The position numbers and the translations under genes were made by a program. A stretch of DNA of 63,502 nucleotides, counting the filler, from Neoconidiobolus thromboides FSU 785 (Eukaryota; Fungi; Entomophthoromycota): assembly GCA_025603075.1 (NCBI GenBank). It is 5 parts of 5 records of this genome, joined end to end, with 100 filler letters (N's around TTAATTAATTAA, not from the genome) between each part and the next. Parts side by side here need not be neighbours in the genome. Positions count along the whole stretch, not along the records: positions 60,866 to 63,502 come from MU626842.1; 4 more parts are not named here. One strand, given 5' to 3'. This document shows, piece after piece, positions 62,052 through 63,502 of this stretch. The notes under the pieces are model-generated. The model saw only the letters and a list, made by a program, of their open reading frames with translations, had not been told where the DNA came from and ran no database searches. Each line of letters begins with the position of its first letter. The first letter of the stretch is position 1.

Positions 62052-63479
62052 CTATAAAGCTGTAAATAGGAATAATATAAAATTAAATGTAGATTTACCT
62101 AAAACATGTTGATTAAAACGATTATCAATATCAAACCAAGATAGCATTGGAATTTCGTTTAATTTGCTATAGATGATATCAATATAGTGTGGCTTCTTAT
62201 TATGAGAATTAGAAAAAGTAAGGGATAATGGATTCTTAAGCTTATGATTGAACTTGATTTCGTTGCTTGCATCACTCTCATTATCTTCTGGAAATTGTAA
62301 ATGAGAGATATGAACGTATTTAAGATTTGGAAAGAGCATCATAAAATAAAACAAATTTTGAAATGAAGACTCTAAAATATTAATTTGCAACTTTTTAATA
62401 TATATACATTGAATCAAACTACTCTGACTTGGTAACTGATTATAGTATTCAATATCTGTTAAATTACTATTGCTTAAATCAAATTTCTTTAGTATACAGT
62501 TGTCATCTTTAAGGTTGGGTACACAAAAGGTAACTGTATCGATGTTTGGTAATAAATTGATCAATTTGAGCATATCTTTCGACAAATAATAACATATGAT
62601 TGATTTCAACGTTGTTATTTTGTTAAAGTCATATTCACTTAATACATCCGACCCAAGTGGACCTAAAGAACGAATATTCGAATCCTCAATTCCTCTAGCA
62701 TTGAAATTGTCTAAGTTAATACCAAACAAATCCAACTTCACGCTTTTCAGTTTATTTAAATTCCCAAAGCAATTGACATCAAAACCGCTATGAACATTAC
62801 CATTTATTGTTAGTTCTAAATCTGAATTAAAATCTATATGACGCTTGTAATTAGCAGGTTTGTCAAAATATTTGACGAACAATTTTAATACTCTTAATTT
62901 ATTAAATTCCACCTTAATCTTATCAAGTCCATCAAGGTCTAAAGAAAATTGAGAACTTAGCTTAAATGATATTAGCTTTGATGGATTCAAAAACCCAAAA
63001 ATAGTCCCGATGTTCCCTTGATAGTTGTCAATTTCAACACATTCAGCTTGTTGTAAATATTTTTCAAAAACCCTTAAATTAAAAATATAATCTTCATAAT
63101 GAAGATGTAACTTAATCTTTTTCAATTTTGGAAGCACTACAGCTAATTTAACAAATTTACTTTCATCATTAAAAATTCCATCATAAAATATTGAATTTAC
63201 ATTTGGACAATACTTAATAAAATTGATAGTATGTTCATTTAAACTCAAATATCTTACTAATGGTCCATGCTTTTTAATAAATATCTCCTGATAATTCATG
63301 TACTTTCTCTTGTCTTTATCAAAATAAACTGTGTGAGTTAAATTATATTTGATTATTCCATTTATGATACTAAACAATGATTTATTTAAAAAACGAAGGT
63401 TGAATAATTCTTTTGGATTTAATAACTGGAATATCTCTTCTAATAATATATCTGATAAACTGTCAAAAGTTGGTTTCAT
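62052..63479 (-). CDS. F-box protein with degenerate LRR-like C-terminus (475 aa, intronless)
   Basis: N-terminal F-box (FDSLSDILLEEIFQLLNPKELFNLRFLNKSL) and repeated LxxLxL patterns (LPKLKKIKL, FNKLRVLKL, LNKLKSVKL, FPNLKYVHI). Confidence 0.8.
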   Translation of the reverse strand: MKPTFDSLSDILLEEIFQLLNPKELFNLRFLNKSLFSIINGIIKYNLTHTVYFDKDKRKYMNYQEIFIKKHGPLVRYLSLNEHTINFIKYCPNVNSIFYDGIFNDESKFVKLAVVLPKLKKIKLHLHYEDYIFNLRVFEKYLQQAECVEIDNYQGNIGTIFGFLNPSKLISFKLSSQFSLDLDGLDKIKVEFNKLRVLKLFVKYFDKPANYKRHIDFNSDLELTINGNVHSGFDVNCFGNLNKLKSVKLDLFGINLDNFNARGIEDSNIRSLGPLGSDVLSEYDFNKITTLKSIICYYLSKDMLKLINLLPNIDTVTFCVPNLKDDNCILKKFDLSNSNLTDIEYYNQLPSQSSLIQCIYIKKLQINILESSFQNLFYFMMLFPNLKYVHISHLQFPEDNESDASNEIKFNHKLKNPLSLTFSNSHNKKPHYIDIIYSKLNEIPMLSWFDIDNRFNQHVLGKSTFNFILFLFTAL

Positions 63480-63502
63480 TTTGTTATTAAATAAAATTCT
63501 TT

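Overview
This is very AT-rich eukaryotic DNA with short GT-AG introns and a fungal-type histone H3. It is probably an early-diverging fungus (Entomophthorales/Zoopagomycota-like is inference only). The window is not one locus. It is five contigs joined by artificial 100-bp spacers (44 N + TTAATTAATTAA + 44 N): A 1-13556, B 13657-44620, C 44721-51897, D 51998-60765, E 60866-63502. Contig A has a compact housekeeping island (RhoGEF, p24, Myb-like, BRX1, TRM11, MIM1-like) between a near-identical inverted repeat pair. Contig B (31 kb) is the standout. It starts and ends in a 353-bp inverted repeat and has a central island (SLC12 transporter, SPC105/KNL1, MIC12-like, RRS1). On both sides of the island are outward-pointing arrays of nine IS630-Tc1-mariner (D34E-spaced) transposase-derived genes, five intact and four pseudogenes. 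Eight of nine carry Asn (the ninth Ser) at the first catalytic Asp, and all five intact copies have lost the PPYSP tyrosine. They were duplicated together with flanking DNA and show gene-conversion patches, which points to a domesticated, catalytically dead, expanding family in a decayed palindrome. Other content: 13 copies of a ~95-100 bp MITE (GGG...CCC ends, 4-bp AWWT TSD, one paralogous empty site visible), a Sola-like transposase remnant, an L1/Tx1-like remnant, an intronless secreted bacterial-type amidohydrolase, HAP2/NF-YA, histone H3, a DUF4203-like membrane protein, a secreted repeat protein with dibasic sites, and an F-box protein. All calls and identity estimates are by eye; no searches were run.
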